A DNA stretch of 64,000 nucleotides from Candidatus Sulfomarinibacteraceae bacterium (GTDB taxonomy: Bacteria; Acidobacteriota; Thermoanaerobaculia; Thermoanaerobaculales; Sulfomarinibacteraceae). The stretch spans positions 64,001 through 128,000 of the forward strand of contig CAWCLO010000005.1 of NCBI GenBank assembly GCA_963796455.1. Reading direction: 5' to 3'. Position 1 is the first letter of the stretch, and every line of letters starts with the position of its first letter. The position numbers and the translations under genes are program-made. Below are positions 62,446 through 64,000 of this stretch, one piece after another. Below the pieces are notes generated by a model, which had not been told where the DNA came from, made no database searches, and saw nothing but the letters and a program-made list of their open reading frames with translations.

Positions 62446-62790
62446 CCGTTGACCAATGGTTCGGTGTCGATTGCGTGAAGAAAGGTACACGGTGCACAAC
62501 GGCTTGAAAAAACTCCTGCAAATCGAGGGCTCCAGGGCGGTGTGCTTCGTTCAGTGTTTTTCGTGCATCGGGTCGTCGGCCCGCTGCGCTGATCGTTTGA
62601 TCTTCGGTCTCAAGCCGATCAGGGCTTTCACCATCGGTGTGTCGGTGAATGTACCGTTCGGCTATTTCCTATCAACCGTGGTGTTCTCCAAGTTCTGGTC
62701 GAACATCAGTTCGCTGATGTGAGGTCGGTTCGTGGATTCACGACTCGCTTTGCCCCAGCAAGCAACAACAAATTAAGGAAAGGAGTGGCC

Positions 62791-63990
62791 ATGACAGAAG
62801 AGAAGAAGTCATCGACGCCGCTAATTGACGAGCTCGAATCAGGCCCCTGGCCGAGCTTTGTCAAGGAGTTCAAGAAGGAGGCCCACAAACCGATGGTCCA
62901 GGACGCCATGAGCCAGCTTGAGCGCTCCTATGAGGAGCACCTCAGTCACTGGAAGCATGGCGGGTTGGTCGGTGTGATGGGTTATGGCGGAGGCGTGATC
63001 GGGCGCTACTCGGATCTGGCCGACGAGTTCCCGAACGTTGCCGAGTTCCACACCCACCGCGTCAACCAGCCGTCAGGGTGGTTCTACACCACCGATGCCC
63101 TGCGCACCCTGTGCGACATCTGGGACAAACACGGTTCGGGTCTGACCAACATGCACGGCTCCACCGGCGACATCGTTTTCCTGGGCTCGACAACCGAGGC
63201 CATCGAACCCCTCTTCAAAGACCTCACCGAAAAGGGTTGGGATCTCGGCGGATCGGGCTCCAACATGCGGACGCCGAGCTGCTGTGTGGGTCCGGCGCGT
63301 TGTGAGTGGGCCTGCTACGACACCCTGGATGCTTGCTACAACATCACCCAGGAATGGCAGGACGAGCTCCACCGCCCGTTCTTCCCCTACAAGTACAAGT
63401 TCAAGTTTGCAGGCTGCCCGAACGACTGCGTGGCCTCGATCGCACGTTCGGATTGCTCGGTCATCGGCACCTGGAAGGACGACATTCAGGTCAACCAGGC
63501 CAAGGTCGTCGAGTATGCCACCAATGGCGTCGACATCCAGAGCGAAATCTGTGATCTCTGCCCGACCAAGTGCGTCGACTGGGATGGCAAGGCGCTGGAT
63601 ATCGACAATGAGAACTGCGTCCGCTGCATGCATTGCATCAACGTGATGCCGAAGGCCCTGAAACCCGGCAAGGAGCGCGGTGCGACGATCCTGATCGGCG
63701 GCAAGGCCCCGATCGTCGGTGGCGCCCTCTTGTGCTCGGTCTTCGTGCCCTTCCTCGAGATGGATCCGGAATCGGATTATGAAGATCTCAAGGAACTCAC
63801 CGAGGCCATCTGGGATCTCTGGGGTGAGCACGGCAAGGCCCGCGAACGCACCGGTGAGTTCATCCAGCGAGTCGGTATGTCGAACTTCCTCGAGGAGATC
63901 GGGCTCGACCCGATTCCCGAGATGGTCATGGCACCGCGCTCGAATCCTTATATTTTCTTCGATGACGAAATCTTCGAAGACGCGGAATAG
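62791..63990 (+). CDS. dsrA: Dissimilatory sulfite reductase alpha subunit
   Basis: [43 protein letters not shown] / GCPNDC siroheme-FeS motif, [18 protein letters not shown]. Confidence 0.98.
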   Translation: MTEEKKSSTPLIDELESGPWPSFVKEFKKEAHKPMVQDAMSQLERSYEEHLSHWKHGGLVGVMGYGGGVIGRYSDLADEFPNVAEFHTHRVNQPSGWFYTTDALRTLCDIWDKHGSGLTNMHGSTGDIVFLGSTTEAIEPLFKDLTEKGWDLGGSGSNMRTPSCCVGPARCEWACYDTLDACYNITQEWQDELHRPFFPYKYKFKFAGCPNDCVASIARSDCSVIGTWKDDIQVNQAKVVEYATNGVDIQSEICDLCPTKCVDWDGKALDIDNENCVRCMHCINVMPKALKPGKERGATILIGGKAPIVGGALLCSVFVPFLEMDPESDYEDLKELTEAIWDLWGEHGKARERTGEFIQRVGMSNFLEEIGLDPIPEMVMAPRSNPYIFFDDEIFEDAE

Positions 63991-64000
63991 GAAGGGAGGA

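Overview
This GC-rich bacterial window probably comes from a dsr-encoding anaerobe. A Thermoanaerobaculia-like Acidobacteriota host is my inference from gene content only. The first 40 kb hold housekeeping genes (surE, pyrimidine-nucleoside phosphorylase, lon, nrdR, pcnB, ligA, skp, recA), regulators, and an uncharacterised 9-gene envelope operon (ExbB/MotA, two ExbD-like/vWA proteins, Hsp70-like-FHA, PEGA/SUMF1, lipoproteins). From 40 to 64 kb is a sulfur-respiration region: stand-alone dsrMK-like pair, selenocysteine peroxiredoxin with SECIS, orange-protein-type (NifX/COG1149/DUF134/CGGC) operon, hybrid tmcDCB-hmcABCD cluster with a 16-heme cytochrome, OrpR-like sigma54 activator, and dsrA behind a consensus sigma54 promoter. 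The most unusual signal is a dispersed ~860-900 bp intergenic element, present as three full copies and two gene-less or deleted derivatives within 40 kb. It has terminal inverted repeats, complementary low-complexity arms, a nested double-hairpin leader that sequesters the ribosome-binding site, and one four-helix-bundle (TIGR02436/IVP/Avd-like) gene, but no transposase. Many genes between 31 and 60 kb carry single-base insertions that look like sequencing errors.
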